DNA from: Candidatus Oxydemutator sp.
Lineage (GTDB): Bacteria > Pseudomonadota > Gammaproteobacteria > Poriferisulfidales > Oxydemutatoraceae
Direction: 5' to 3'
Assembly: GCA_965203445.1 (NCBI GenBank)
Contig: OZ241883.1
Span: 1,088,001 to 1,152,000, forward strand
Length of the DNA stretch: 64,000 nucleotides
Below are positions 47,404 through 56,692 of the stretch, in pieces (within the stretch, counting starts at the first letter, position 1; every line of letters begins with the position of its first letter). The position numbers were made by a program, and so were the translations under genes. The notes beneath the pieces were generated by a model that saw only the letters and a list, made by a program, of their open reading frames with translations, was not told where the DNA came from and made no database searches.

Positions 47404-48884
47404 TGGCCGAAGTCAGAGGGGCGCGTCTGCCGTTCGCGTTCGCCCAGAAACACGGCTTGTTCGTCGGCGAGAGCGAGGGCGCGCTGCGGCTGTTCTGCCG
47501 TTCCGACGTGTCCATGAACGCGCTGCAGGAAGTGCGGCGCATGTTCAACCGCGAGTTCTCGCTGCGTATGCTCGATGCCGGCGAGTTCGACCAGAACCTG
47601 CAGAAGACCTACGCCAACCAGAGCGGCGGCTTGTCCTTCATGAGCGACGTCGAAGACCACGTCATGGGCATGGACGAGGTCGCCGCGGCCTTCGAGGAGC
47701 CGGAGGATCTGCTCAAGACCGAGGACGACGCGCCGATCATCAAGATGCTCAACGCGATCTTTTTCGAGGCGATCCGCGAGCGCGCCTCCGACATCCACGT
47801 CGAGCCTTACGAGCGCGACCTGCAGATCCGCTTTCGCTTAAACGGCGTGTTGCGCACGATGCTGACCTCGTCGGTCAAGCTGGCGCCGTTGCTGGTGTCG
47901 CGCGTCAAGGTGCTGGCGCGCCTCGACATCGCCGAAAAACGCCTGCCGCAGGACGGGCGTATCACCGTGCGCCTGGGCGGGCGCAGCGTGGATTTGCGCG
48001 TGTCCACGCTGCCGTCGAGCTACGGCGAGCGCGTGGTGTTGCGCATACTCGACAAGCAGACCGAGCAGATGCAGTTGGTGCAGTTGGGCATGGAGTCCGA
48101 GATGCAAAAACGCTTTCACAGCATGGTCAACCGCCCGCACGGCATCGTTCTCGTAACCGGCCCGACCGGTTCGGGCAAGACGACGACGCTCTACGCGGCG
48201 CTGGCCGAGGTCGACCGCCGCCAGCGCAACATCATGACGATAGAAGACCCCATCGAGTACGACTTCGAGGGCATCAGCCAGACGCAGGTCAACACCAAGG
48301 CCGGCATGACCTTTGCGCGCGGCCTGCGGGCGATTTTGCGCCAGGACCCCGACGTCGTGCTGATCGGCGAGATCCGCGACGGCGAGACCGCCGACATCGC
48401 GGTGCAGGCGAGCCTGACCGGCCACCTGGTGCTGTCGACGTTGCACACCAACACCGCCTTGGGCGCGATCACGCGCCTGTGCGACATGGGCGTCGAGCCG
48501 TTTCTGCTGACCGCGACGCTGCAAGGCACGCTCGCGCAACGCCTGGTCAGGCGGTTGTGTCCCGAGTGCCGCGAGTCGTTCATGCCCGACCTCGACGAAC
48601 TCAAGTTCTGGGACATAGACCCCGACAATTTCCGCGCCCAACCGGTGTACCGCCCGAAAGGCTGCGAGGCGTGCCACCACACCGGCTACTCCGGGCGCTT
48701 CGGCCTGTTCGACTTCGTCGTAATGGACGACGTGCTGCGCCAGATCATCCACGACGGCGGCAGCGAGCTGGACATGGAGCAGCACGTCCGCAAAACCCAG
48801 CCCAACCTCAGAACCATCGGCCTGCAATACGCATTCTCCGGCGACACGTCGTTAGAGGAAGTGCTGGCGGTAACGCTGCATTAG
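47403..48884 (+). CDS. gspE: T2SS ATPase E
   Basis: ASDIHVEP, LDIAEKRLPQDGR, GPTGSGKTTT, LRQDPD, ASLTGHLVLSTLHTN, tetra-Cys motif. Confidence 0.97.
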   Translation: MAEVRGARLPFAFAQKHGLFVGESEGALRLFCRSDVSMNALQEVRRMFNREFSLRMLDAGEFDQNLQKTYANQSGGLSFMSDVEDHVMGMDEVAAAFEEPEDLLKTEDDAPIIKMLNAIFFEAIRERASDIHVEPYERDLQIRFRLNGVLRTMLTSSVKLAPLLVSRVKVLARLDIAEKRLPQDGRITVRLGGRSVDLRVSTLPSSYGERVVLRILDKQTEQMQLVQLGMESEMQKRFHSMVNRPHGIVLVTGPTGSGKTTTLYAALAEVDRRQRNIMTIEDPIEYDFEGISQTQVNTKAGMTFARGLRAILRQDPDVVLIGEIRDGETADIAVQASLTGHLVLSTLHTNTALGAITRLCDMGVEPFLLTATLQGTLAQRLVRRLCPECRESFMPDLDELKFWDIDPDNFRAQPVYRPKGCEACHHTGYSGRFGLFDFVVMDDVLRQIIHDGGSELDMEQHVRKTQPNLRTIGLQYAFSGDTSLEEVLAVTLH

Positions 48885-48888
48885 GAAA

Positions 48889-49101
48889 ATGAAAACCAAA
48901 AAACGAAAACGCACCGGCGCCCGAACCCATGCCTGGGGCATACCGGATTTGTTTTATCCGGACCCTAAGGAGGTCTATGCAAGATTCAGCGATGATTTGG
49001 ATGTCGCTGATAAACTTACTTATTATGGCGCTGCACTGCGGCCATACTTTCTTGCTGCCCTCGATCAAGCGAGTGAGGACGTCGAGAAGGACAAAGCCTG
49101 A
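48889..49101 (+). CDS. Small hypothetical protein (70 aa), low GC, between gspE and gspF
   Basis: ATG 4 nt after gspE stop; AT-richer than flanks. Confidence 0.5.
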   Translation: MKTKKRKRTGARTHAWGIPDLFYPDPKEVYARFSDDLDVADKLTYYGAALRPYFLAALDQASEDVEKDKA

Positions 49102-49102
49102 T

Positions 49103-49181
49103 TCTCCCTCTCCCTCTGGGAGAGGGTTTCATTATTTGTCCGGCCTTCGGCCACTTTCTCCCAGAGGGTCAAGGTGAGGGG
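49103..49181. repeat. REP-like palindrome pair
   Basis: ccctctccctctgggagaggg ... ttctcccagaggg...ggtgagggg. Confidence 0.65.
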
Positions 49182-49249
49182 GTCGTTCCGGCCTTCACAC
49201 CGGTAAGGGAACGCCCCCAAGGCGTTCCCGAAGTGTATACTCGTTGCCG

Positions 49250-50449
49250 ATGCAGGCATATAACTACCAAGCCTACGACCGCGAGGGCAAGACCCGCAAG
49301 GGGGTGCTCGAGGCCGATTCCGAGCGCCATCTGCGCCAGCAGTTGCGCGAGCAGAAGCTGACGCCGATTGAGATTTCCGCGGTCGGCGCGGCGCGCTCGC
49401 TGTTTCAGTTCCGGCGCAAGCTCGGGCGCGGCGATCTGATGTTGATGACGCGCCAGTTGGCGACGCTGCTCGGTTCCGGTATGCCGCTCGAATCCTGTCT
49501 GCGGTTGATGGCCGAGCAGGCCGAGAACGTGCAGGTCAAGCGGCTGGTGTCGGCGATTCGCGGCCAGCTGACCGAGGGGCACACGCTGGCCTACGCGCTG
49601 CAAAAGGCGCCGGCCGCGTTTCCGTCCGATTACATTGCGACCATATCGGCGGGCGAGGAGACCGGTCATCTGTCGCAGGTGCTGGAACGCCTGGCCGACG
49701 AGGTCGAGCAGTCCGGGCAGGCGCGCCAATCGCTGATGACGGCGTTGATCTACCCGCTGCTGATGTTGACGGTGGCCACGGCCGTGATCATCCTGCTGCT
49801 GGTCAACGTCGTGCCGCAGGTTACGCGCGTGTTCGTGCAGATGAACCAGGAACTGCCGCCGCTGACGTCGGCGCTGATCTCGATCAGCAACTGGCTCAGG
49901 GACTACGGCGTGTATCTGCTGGTCGCGTTCACCGGCGCGCTGACGATTTTCCTGCTGATATTGCGCAACCCCGAGGCCAAGGAGCGCTGGCACAACATGC
50001 TGCTGCAAACGCCGCGTTTCGGCTACTGGCTGGTGGTCGGCAACGTCGCCGGATGGGCGCGCAGTCTCGGCGTTCTGCTCGGCAGCGGCGTGCCGATCAT
50101 GGAGTCGCTGCGCATCGCCGCCGAGCGCGTCGGCAATCTCGCGCTGCGCCGCAACCTGGGCGACGTCGCCGAGCGCGTGCGCGAAGGCGACGGCCTGCAC
50201 CAGGCGCTGCTGAAGAGCAAGCGCTTCCCGCCGTTTCTGATCCACATGGTCAGCAGCGGCGAGTCGAGCGGCACCCTCGACAACATGCTGATCAAGGTCG
50301 CCGACTATTACGACCACCGGATACGCACGCTGGTGGACGCCGGCCTCAAAATGTTCGAGCCGCTATTGGTTATAATAATGGGCGGCATCGTGCTGCTGAT
50401 CGTGATGGCGGTGTTGGTGCCGATTATCCAAATGAACCAGCTGGTGTGA
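49250..50449 (+). CDS. gspF: T2SS inner-membrane platform protein F
   Basis: TRQLATLLGSGMPL, GEETGHL..VLERLAD, ALIYP, GESSGTL..ML, EPL. Confidence 0.95.
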   Translation: MQAYNYQAYDREGKTRKGVLEADSERHLRQQLREQKLTPIEISAVGAARSLFQFRRKLGRGDLMLMTRQLATLLGSGMPLESCLRLMAEQAENVQVKRLVSAIRGQLTEGHTLAYALQKAPAAFPSDYIATISAGEETGHLSQVLERLADEVEQSGQARQSLMTALIYPLLMLTVATAVIILLLVNVVPQVTRVFVQMNQELPPLTSALISISNWLRDYGVYLLVAFTGALTIFLLILRNPEAKERWHNMLLQTPRFGYWLVVGNVAGWARSLGVLLGSGVPIMESLRIAAERVGNLALRRNLGDVAERVREGDGLHQALLKSKRFPPFLIHMVSSGESSGTLDNMLIKVADYYDHRIRTLVDAGLKMFEPLLVIIMGGIVLLIVMAVLVPIIQMNQLV

Positions 50450-50454
50450 CGAAT

Positions 50455-50862
50455 ATGAAAAGAAAAAGCGCGCAAAGAAAAACAAAAGCTCAGCGCGGAT
50501 TTACGCTGATAGAAATCATGGTCGTCGTCGTCATCCTCGGCATTCTGGCGGCCCTGGTGGTGCCCTCGATCATGGAACGCCCCGACATGGCGCGCCAGGT
50601 GCGGGCCAAGCAGGACGTGCGCACGCTGACCAACGCGATCAACATGTATCGCCTCGATCACTTTAACTATCCCACGACGCTGCAGGACCTCGTCGCCGGC
50701 AATTACCTCGACAAGCTGCCGCAGGATCCGTGGGGCAAAGACTACCAGTACCGCAGCCCCGGTTCGCACGGCCGCTTCGACATCTACAGCTACGGCATGG
50801 ACGGACTGGATGGCGGCAACGGACTCGATCAGGACATCGGCAACTGGAACCTGGATGGGTAG
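50455..50862 (+). CDS. gspG: Major pseudopilin G
   Basis: QRG|FTLIEIMVVVVILGILAALVVP, LPQDPWGKDYQY, DIGNW. Confidence 0.95.
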   Translation: MKRKSAQRKTKAQRGFTLIEIMVVVVILGILAALVVPSIMERPDMARQVRAKQDVRTLTNAINMYRLDHFNYPTTLQDLVAGNYLDKLPQDPWGKDYQYRSPGSHGRFDIYSYGMDGLDGGNGLDQDIGNWNLDG

Positions 50863-51463
50863 AGCCGTTCGTTTCGCAGGCGCGCCTTCACCCGCCCCGT
50901 CGTCCGGTTTTACCCTGATCGAAATCATCGTCGTCACCGTGATCATCGCGGTGGTCGTGTCCGCGACGCTGCTGTCGGTGTCGGTGGGCGAGCGCGGACG
51001 GGCGCAGGAGACCAGCCGCCGCATCGTCAGCCTGATGAACAATCTGTCCGCCGAGGCTATTTTGACTGGCGTGGCGCACGGCTTGCGCTGGGACCCCGGC
51101 GCGCGCCGCCTGGCCGCGGTGCGTTTGCCCGCGACGTCGTGGCAACCGGCCGCGCGTTTCGGCGATATAAACGTGCCGAACAACTGGAGTCTGCGGCTGT
51201 CGTTGGGCGGCCTCGACGAGGGCGTGGATCTGGCGGATCTCGGCGGCGACGAACCCGCCGCCGGTTTCGACGATGACGAGGAAGAGGCGGAGGCCGCCAG
51301 GCGCGTCGCGGTCGAACCCTGGGTGCAGTTTCAGCCGACCGGCCTGTGGCAGCCCGGTGGGATTTTGCAGATCTTCGTCGACCAGGAGCGTCAGGCGACG
51401 TTCGGCTGGAGCGCCACCGGGCGCATCGCCTTCGGCAGGCGCGTCGAGGAGGAACCGCCGTGA
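50855..51463 (+). CDS. gspH: Minor pseudopilin H
   Basis: G|FTLIE prepilin motif; gene order. Confidence 0.85.
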   Translation: MGRAVRFAGAPSPAPSSGFTLIEIIVVTVIIAVVVSATLLSVSVGERGRAQETSRRIVSLMNNLSAEAILTGVAHGLRWDPGARRLAAVRLPATSWQPAARFGDINVPNNWSLRLSLGGLDEGVDLADLGGDEPAAGFDDDEEEAEAARRVAVEPWVQFQPTGLWQPGGILQIFVDQERQATFGWSATGRIAFGRRVEEEPP

Positions 51464-51897
51464 CGCGACACCGCGCCCGCGCCGACAGCGCCGCCGGCTT
51501 CACGTTGATCGAGGTGCTGATCGCGGTCGCCGTGCTGGCGATTGCGCTCGGCGCCTCGCTGGACGCGCTCAACGTTTTTTCCGACACGCAGGTGCGGCTG
51601 CGCGAGCGCTATCTTGGGCACCTGACCGCGTGGAACGTGATGACCGATTACCGCAATGAACGGCTGCAAGCGCCCGCGGCCGACGGATTTGCGTCATTGA
51701 GCACCGAAGGTTCGGAAGAGCAGGGCGGTTCCATCTGGCAGTGGTCTTTGCAGAGGAGGGAACGGCGTGAAGAGGACGCCGAGGAGGCGCCGGCGGAGCG
51801 CGTCGCGATCGTCGTCGTCGACGTCTATTCGCCGGCGATGGCCGCGCGACGCGATAGCCCGCCGTCGGCGACGCTGCAAGCGATCTTCGGCCAATGA
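51460..51897 (+). CDS. gspI: Minor pseudopilin I
   Basis: G|FTLIEVLIAVAVLAIAL; gene order. Confidence 0.87.
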   Translation: MTRHRARADSAAGFTLIEVLIAVAVLAIALGASLDALNVFSDTQVRLRERYLGHLTAWNVMTDYRNERLQAPAADGFASLSTEGSEEQGGSIWQWSLQRRERREEDAEEAPAERVAIVVVDVYSPAMAARRDSPPSATLQAIFGQ

Positions 51898-52562
51898 ACC
51901 TTGGTGCGCGCGCCGGCGCCCGCGGCTTCACGCTGCTGGAGGTGCTGATCGCGATGTCCATTTTCGCGTTGATCTCGGCGATGGCCTTCCAGGGCCTGCA
52001 AACCTCGATGACGATGCAGGAGAAGGTCGAGGCCACCGCCACCGAGCTGAGCGACGTGCAGCTGGTAATGACGCTGATGTTGGACGACTTCATGAACGTC
52101 GTGCGCCGGCCGGTGCGCGCCGCTTTTGGCAGCGACCGTCTGCCGGCCTTCGACGACGAGGCGCCGCTGGTGGGCGGCAGCGAGGACGTCTATGCCTGCG
52201 AGGCGGTGTTCACGCGCGCCGGCCTGCCGCCGGGACGGCTGCTGCGCGCCGGCTTGCAGCGCGTCGCCTGGTGCACCGACGGTAGCAACCGGCTTTATCG
52301 TCTGTCGTGGCCGGTGCTCGACCTCGCGCAGGACAGCCTGCCGGTCGAGAGCCTGCTGCTCGAAAACGTGATTCTGTTCGATATACAACTCGAGTGGCGG
52401 CGCGACAACTACGGCAGGGAGACCGCGGCGTGGCTTGAAATGCTGCCGCAATCCATCGAGGTCACGCTCGAGGTCGAGCGCGGCGACGCCGGCGAAAGCG
52501 TGTCCTTCGTGCGCCGTTTCCCGGGCCTGCAGGACGTCTACCCGTGGCTCGAGGAGCGGTGA
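51894..52562 (+). CDS. gspJ: Minor pseudopilin J
   Basis: G|FTLLEVLIAMSIFA, LQRVAW, RLSWPVLD. Confidence 0.9.
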   Translation: MNLGARAGARGFTLLEVLIAMSIFALISAMAFQGLQTSMTMQEKVEATATELSDVQLVMTLMLDDFMNVVRRPVRAAFGSDRLPAFDDEAPLVGGSEDVYACEAVFTRAGLPPGRLLRAGLQRVAWCTDGSNRLYRLSWPVLDLAQDSLPVESLLLENVILFDIQLEWRRDNYGRETAAWLEMLPQSIEVTLEVERGDAGESVSFVRRFPGLQDVYPWLEER

Positions 52563-53824
52563 CGGAGGCGCGCGGCGTCGCGCTTCTGAGCGTGATGATC
52601 GTCGTCGCCTCGGTGTCGGCCACCGCCTCGTGGCTGCTCTACAGCCAGAACCTCGACATCGAGCGCACCTCGCGCATCCTGAAGAAGGAGCAGGCCGTGC
52701 TGCTGGCGCTGACCGTCGAGTCGCGCGCGCTCATCGCGCTGCAACGGGATCGCGTCAGCGACGGCGACTCCGCCGTGGACTACTACGCGAGCAGCGGGGA
52801 GGATGAGGACGTCGCCGCCGATGAGAACGCCGCCGCCGATGGGGACGGCGACGAAGAATCCTGGTCCAGGCCCTGGCACGTCTCGGCCGACGTGCCGCCC
52901 CTGGAGTCGCTCGGCGACGCGCGCGTCTCGACGTGCATCTACGACCTGCACGGTTTGTTGAACGTCAACAACCTGCGCGCTGCAAGCCGTCTGAAGTCCG
53001 TGCCTGAAAATGAGAACAGGCACGACGCGAGGAATCCCGCGCACCCCGGCCAGTGGCACGCGCGGCGTTTCAGAAAGTTTCTCGAGAAGTTCGCCGCCAC
53101 CGTTCCCGTTACCGAAGAGGGAAGCGCGCCCGACGTCAACGTGCTGATGGACTCGCTCGGCGATTGGCTCGACGGCGACGACGACTTCCGCACCAGCGGC
53201 GCCGAGGACGCCGAGTATTCGCTGAAGAAGTTCGGCTACCACGCCGCCAACGCGGCCATGGTGTCGCCGCGCGAACTGCACTGGGTCAAGGGTTTCGAGG
53301 ACCTGCCGCCGGCGTCGCTGGCGTCGTTGCAAAGCCAGCTGGTGGCGCTGCCGGCGCGCATCGTCGGCAGGAGCAGCAAGATCAACGTCAACACCGCGAC
53401 CGAGGAGGTGCTAGAGACGCTGCCTTACTTCGAGGCCGAGAGCGCGCGCAAATTGAGGGAGCGCGTGCGCGACGAACCGCTTACCGCGCAAAACGAGATC
53501 GCCCAGGTGATACGCCCGCTGCTGTCGCCGCGCGAGGATCAGCAGCCGCATTTGCTGGACTGGGTGGACGAGTATCTGACGGTGCAGAGCCGCTTCTTCG
53601 GTCTCGTCGTGGCGGTGCGTTTCAGCGGCGTGGAGCTTACGATCAACAGCCTGCTCTACCGGGACAACACCGACCGACCGTACCGCGTCTACGTGTTGCA
53701 ACGGTATTTCGGCGGCAACCCCCACGCCGAGCTCGACGTGTTCGACGGCGGGCGCTGCGTCGTCGGTGCCGGCAAGGGCGTGGACGACGATGCAAACGCG
53801 ACGGACGACGAAACGATTTTTTGA
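52559..53824 (+). CDS. gspK: Minor pseudopilin K
   Basis: RG|VALLSVM, LNVNNL, DWLDGDD, GAEDAEY, INVNTA. Confidence 0.92.
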   Translation: MTEARGVALLSVMIVVASVSATASWLLYSQNLDIERTSRILKKEQAVLLALTVESRALIALQRDRVSDGDSAVDYYASSGEDEDVAADENAAADGDGDEESWSRPWHVSADVPPLESLGDARVSTCIYDLHGLLNVNNLRAASRLKSVPENENRHDARNPAHPGQWHARRFRKFLEKFAATVPVTEEGSAPDVNVLMDSLGDWLDGDDDFRTSGAEDAEYSLKKFGYHAANAAMVSPRELHWVKGFEDLPPASLASLQSQLVALPARIVGRSSKINVNTATEEVLETLPYFEAESARKLRERVRDEPLTAQNEIAQVIRPLLSPREDQQPHLLDWVDEYLTVQSRFFGLVVAVRFSGVELTINSLLYRDNTDRPYRVYVLQRYFGGNPHAELDVFDGGRCVVGAGKGVDDDANATDDETIF

Positions 53825-53890
53825 AACCGGAGCGGCGCGCCACCATCCGCCGCGCGGCGCGGATATGGTATTCTGCATCAAGCACCGCGC

Positions 53891-55000
53891 GTGACCATGT
53901 GGAAAATTACCCCCGACTCGCAACTGATCGAGCTGCCCGTCGCCGAGGGCGCGCGCGCGGGTCGCGGCGTCGTCTGGGTGCCGACCGAGGTGCTGGTCTT
54001 CGCGTGCCCGAAGCTGCCGCCGGGGCGCAGGAAGTTGTGGCGTCAAACGGCGCCGTTCGCGCTCGAGGAAGAGCTGATCGAATCAATAGAGGCGCTGCAT
54101 TTCGCGCTGGGCCCGCCGCGCGAGGAGGGGGTGCCGGTGGTCGTGGTGTCGCGCCGGCGCATGGACGAATGGCTGCGGTTGTTGAGCGCCGAAGGCGTCA
54201 AGCCGCGCGCGATGCTGCCCGACGTGTACGCGCTGCCGTGGGCCGACGAACGGCGCGTGGTTTGGCACGAGGGGGAGCGCTGCATCTACCGCGCCGCCGA
54301 ACACGCCGGCTTTGCCGGCGGCGTCGAATGGATCGCGTCGCTGGCCGCGTTGCAGGACCGCAGCGGGGCTTTCGACGTCTATGGTGGCGACCCCGGGGCG
54401 CTGCCCGAGGCGTGGCGCGATAGTTTGCGCCCGCCGCTGGCACCGCTCGACCAGATGATGGTGCGCGCCGACGCCGGCGGCGCTATTGACCTGTTGCAGG
54501 GGGAATACTCGGTCAAGAGCGGTGCCGCCGCGTGGCTGCGTCCGTGGCGTTGGGCCGCGGCGCTGGCGCTGATGCTGTTCGGTTCGCACCTGGCCACGCT
54601 GGTCATAGAGACGCGCTGGTTCGACGCCCGCGCCGGCCAATTCCGTGCCGACAGCGCGCGTTTGTTCGAGTCGTTGCGAATAGACGGCGAACTGATCAAC
54701 TTGCGCGCGCAGGTCGAGCGCCGCCTGCTGCAACTTGAGGAGCACCGCACCAAGAGCGACGACAACGCGTGGAAGCTGGTGGCGGCGCTCGAGAAGTCGC
54801 TGTCCGAATGCAAAAGCTGCCGCGTGGATATGCTGGACTTCAGGCAGCAGGAGATACTGCTCGAAGTGAGCCTCGCCGGCAACCCGCAGCAACTCAAGCG
54901 CGTGCTCGAACAACTGCCGGGCGGCGTCGCCGCCCACCAGGATCTGCCCCCCGACAAGGGGCGCACGCGCCTGCGTTTCCGGATAAGGCCGCGCCAGTGA
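53891..55000 (+). CDS. gspL: T2SS protein L
   Basis: PFALEEEL...LHFA, PDVYALP, DLLQGEY, then TM helix. Confidence 0.88.
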   Translation: MTMWKITPDSQLIELPVAEGARAGRGVVWVPTEVLVFACPKLPPGRRKLWRQTAPFALEEELIESIEALHFALGPPREEGVPVVVVSRRRMDEWLRLLSAEGVKPRAMLPDVYALPWADERRVVWHEGERCIYRAAEHAGFAGGVEWIASLAALQDRSGAFDVYGGDPGALPEAWRDSLRPPLAPLDQMMVRADAGGAIDLLQGEYSVKSGAAAWLRPWRWAAALALMLFGSHLATLVIETRWFDARAGQFRADSARLFESLRIDGELINLRAQVERRLLQLEEHRTKSDDNAWKLVAALEKSLSECKSCRVDMLDFRQQEILLEVSLAGNPQQLKRVLEQLPGGVAAHQDLPPDKGRTRLRFRIRPRQ

Positions 55001-55497
55001 AGCCGCTGCGCCAGATCGCCGACGCCTGGGGGCAGCGCAGCGGGCGCGAACGCGCGATGCTCGCCGGCGCCGTGGCGTTCGCCGTGGCGTTCGCCGCCTA
55101 CAGCCTGTTCTACCGCCCGCTGCTCGAGCGCCACGAGCGCGCGTCCGAGCTGTTCGCCGCCGCCGAGGGCGACCACCTGTGGCTGCAAAGCCGGGCGCAA
55201 ACAATCATCGGCCTGCAATCGTCGGTGCGCGGCGCGCGCCTGGCCGGCACCGCGTCCGGAAAACTGCGCGAGATTCTTGCCGAGAGCCTTGAGAAAAGCG
55301 GCTTGCAGGGGAAACTCGGCGTCGTTGATCAGGAAGAGGGCACGAAGCAGATAGAAATACAGTTTTCCCCCGCCGCCGGCAAGGACGTCATGCGCTGGAT
55401 CGAACGGCGCGTTGATGACGGCCACCTGTTGCAGCGTTTGCGCGTAGAGACCGGCGCCGGAGGGCAGGTGTCGGCTACGGCTTACTTCGAAGGGTAG
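54997..55497 (+). CDS. gspM: T2SS protein M
   Basis: W..RS.RER followed by TM helix; gene order. Confidence 0.82.
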   Translation: MKPLRQIADAWGQRSGRERAMLAGAVAFAVAFAAYSLFYRPLLERHERASELFAAAEGDHLWLQSRAQTIIGLQSSVRGARLAGTASGKLREILAESLEKSGLQGKLGVVDQEEGTKQIEIQFSPAAGKDVMRWIERRVDDGHLLQRLRVETGAGGQVSATAYFEG

Positions 55498-55502
55498 GCG
55501 CG

Positions 55503-56246
55503 GTGGTCTGGCTCAGGCGTTTCTTTTATCTGCTGCTGGGCGTGCTGGTCCTGGCCGCGTGCGTCGTGCTGACGATGCCGGTGCGGTTCGCGCTCGATCA
55601 CGCGGGCGCGCCGCCGGGTGTCTCGCTGGCGCACGTGCGCGGCAACCTGGTCGGGGGGCGCGCCGGCCTGCTGTTCAATCCGCCGCCTGGTCTGCCGGCG
55701 CGCGCCGACGTCGGTTGGCGCTGGTGTCCCGGCCTCAATCCGATAGTCTGGTGCCTGGAGGTCGAGGCGCCGCCGGTGCGCGGCAAAGTCGTGGCCGCGT
55801 GGTCGCCGCCGCGCGCGTTGCGGCTGAGCGAAGGCGTGCTCGAGGCGCGGCTTGAGCGCCGCCCGTTGCCGCTCGGCAAGATCACGCTGCCGCTTAGCGC
55901 GAATCTGCGGCTCGCGTTGGACGAGGCGCGCTTTGCCCTCGGTGGCTGGTTGCCGCAATCGTTGCGCGCGCGCGCCGTGGTCGAGGACGTTGCGACCGAC
56001 CTGTTCAGCGCCGGCGATTTCCAGGCCGATCTGGCCTCCGATGAAAACGGCGGGCTTGGCGCGCGCGTGCGCGGCGGCGGTGAACTGTTCCGAGTGAACG
56101 GCGACGCGGCGCTCGCCGCCGACCTCGGCTACCGCTACCAGTTGGACGTCGACACCGACAACGACCTGGTGCGCGATTTTCTGGCGCAGCGGGGCAAGGC
56201 GAACGACAAGGGCGGCTACCGGCTGAGCGGCGACGGCGGGTTTTGA
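55503..56246 (+). CDS. gspN: T2SS protein N-like
   Basis: N-terminal TM + MP, VRGNL..G; last gene of the gsp cluster. Confidence 0.7.
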   Translation: MVWLRRFFYLLLGVLVLAACVVLTMPVRFALDHAGAPPGVSLAHVRGNLVGGRAGLLFNPPPGLPARADVGWRWCPGLNPIVWCLEVEAPPVRGKVVAAWSPPRALRLSEGVLEARLERRPLPLGKITLPLSANLRLALDEARFALGGWLPQSLRARAVVEDVATDLFSAGDFQADLASDENGGLGARVRGGGELFRVNGDAALAADLGYRYQLDVDTDNDLVRDFLAQRGKANDKGGYRLSGDGGF

Positions 56247-56264
56247 GCCTGCTATAATGAGAGG

Positions 56265-56675
56265 ATGACGAAGTTGCAGAAAACGGTGGGCGATCTGATG
56301 GCCGAGGCGCTCGCGAACGTCGACACGCTGGAAGTCGCCGAGGCGCGTGCGCTGCACGGCGAGGACGGCGTGCAGTTCATAGACGTCCGCGATTTGCACG
56401 AGTTGACCGAGAGCGGCACCATCCCGGGCGCGGCGCACGCGCCGCGCGGCATGCTCGAATTTTTGGCCGATCCGGCCAGTCCCTACCACGACAAGGTATT
56501 CGCGCAGGACAAAAAGTTCGTCTTGTTCTGTGCCGGCGGCGGGCGCTCGTCGCTGGCGGCGTGGCGGCTTAAGGAGATGGGCCTCGAAAACGTGTGCCAC
56601 GTCGCCGGCGGCTTCAAGGCGTGGCGCGAGGCCGGCGCCGACGTGGCCGCCTACCGCGCAGGCTCCTCCGGATAG
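56265..56675 (+). CDS. Single-domain rhodanese
   Basis: IDVRD..E...G.IPGA.HAPRGMLEF, FCAGGGRS, GGFKAW. Confidence 0.9.
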   Translation: MTKLQKTVGDLMAEALANVDTLEVAEARALHGEDGVQFIDVRDLHELTESGTIPGAAHAPRGMLEFLADPASPYHDKVFAQDKKFVLFCAGGGRSSLAAWRLKEMGLENVCHVAGGFKAWREAGADVAAYRAGSSG

Positions 56676-56692
56676 AACGCGCCGCGAATCTT

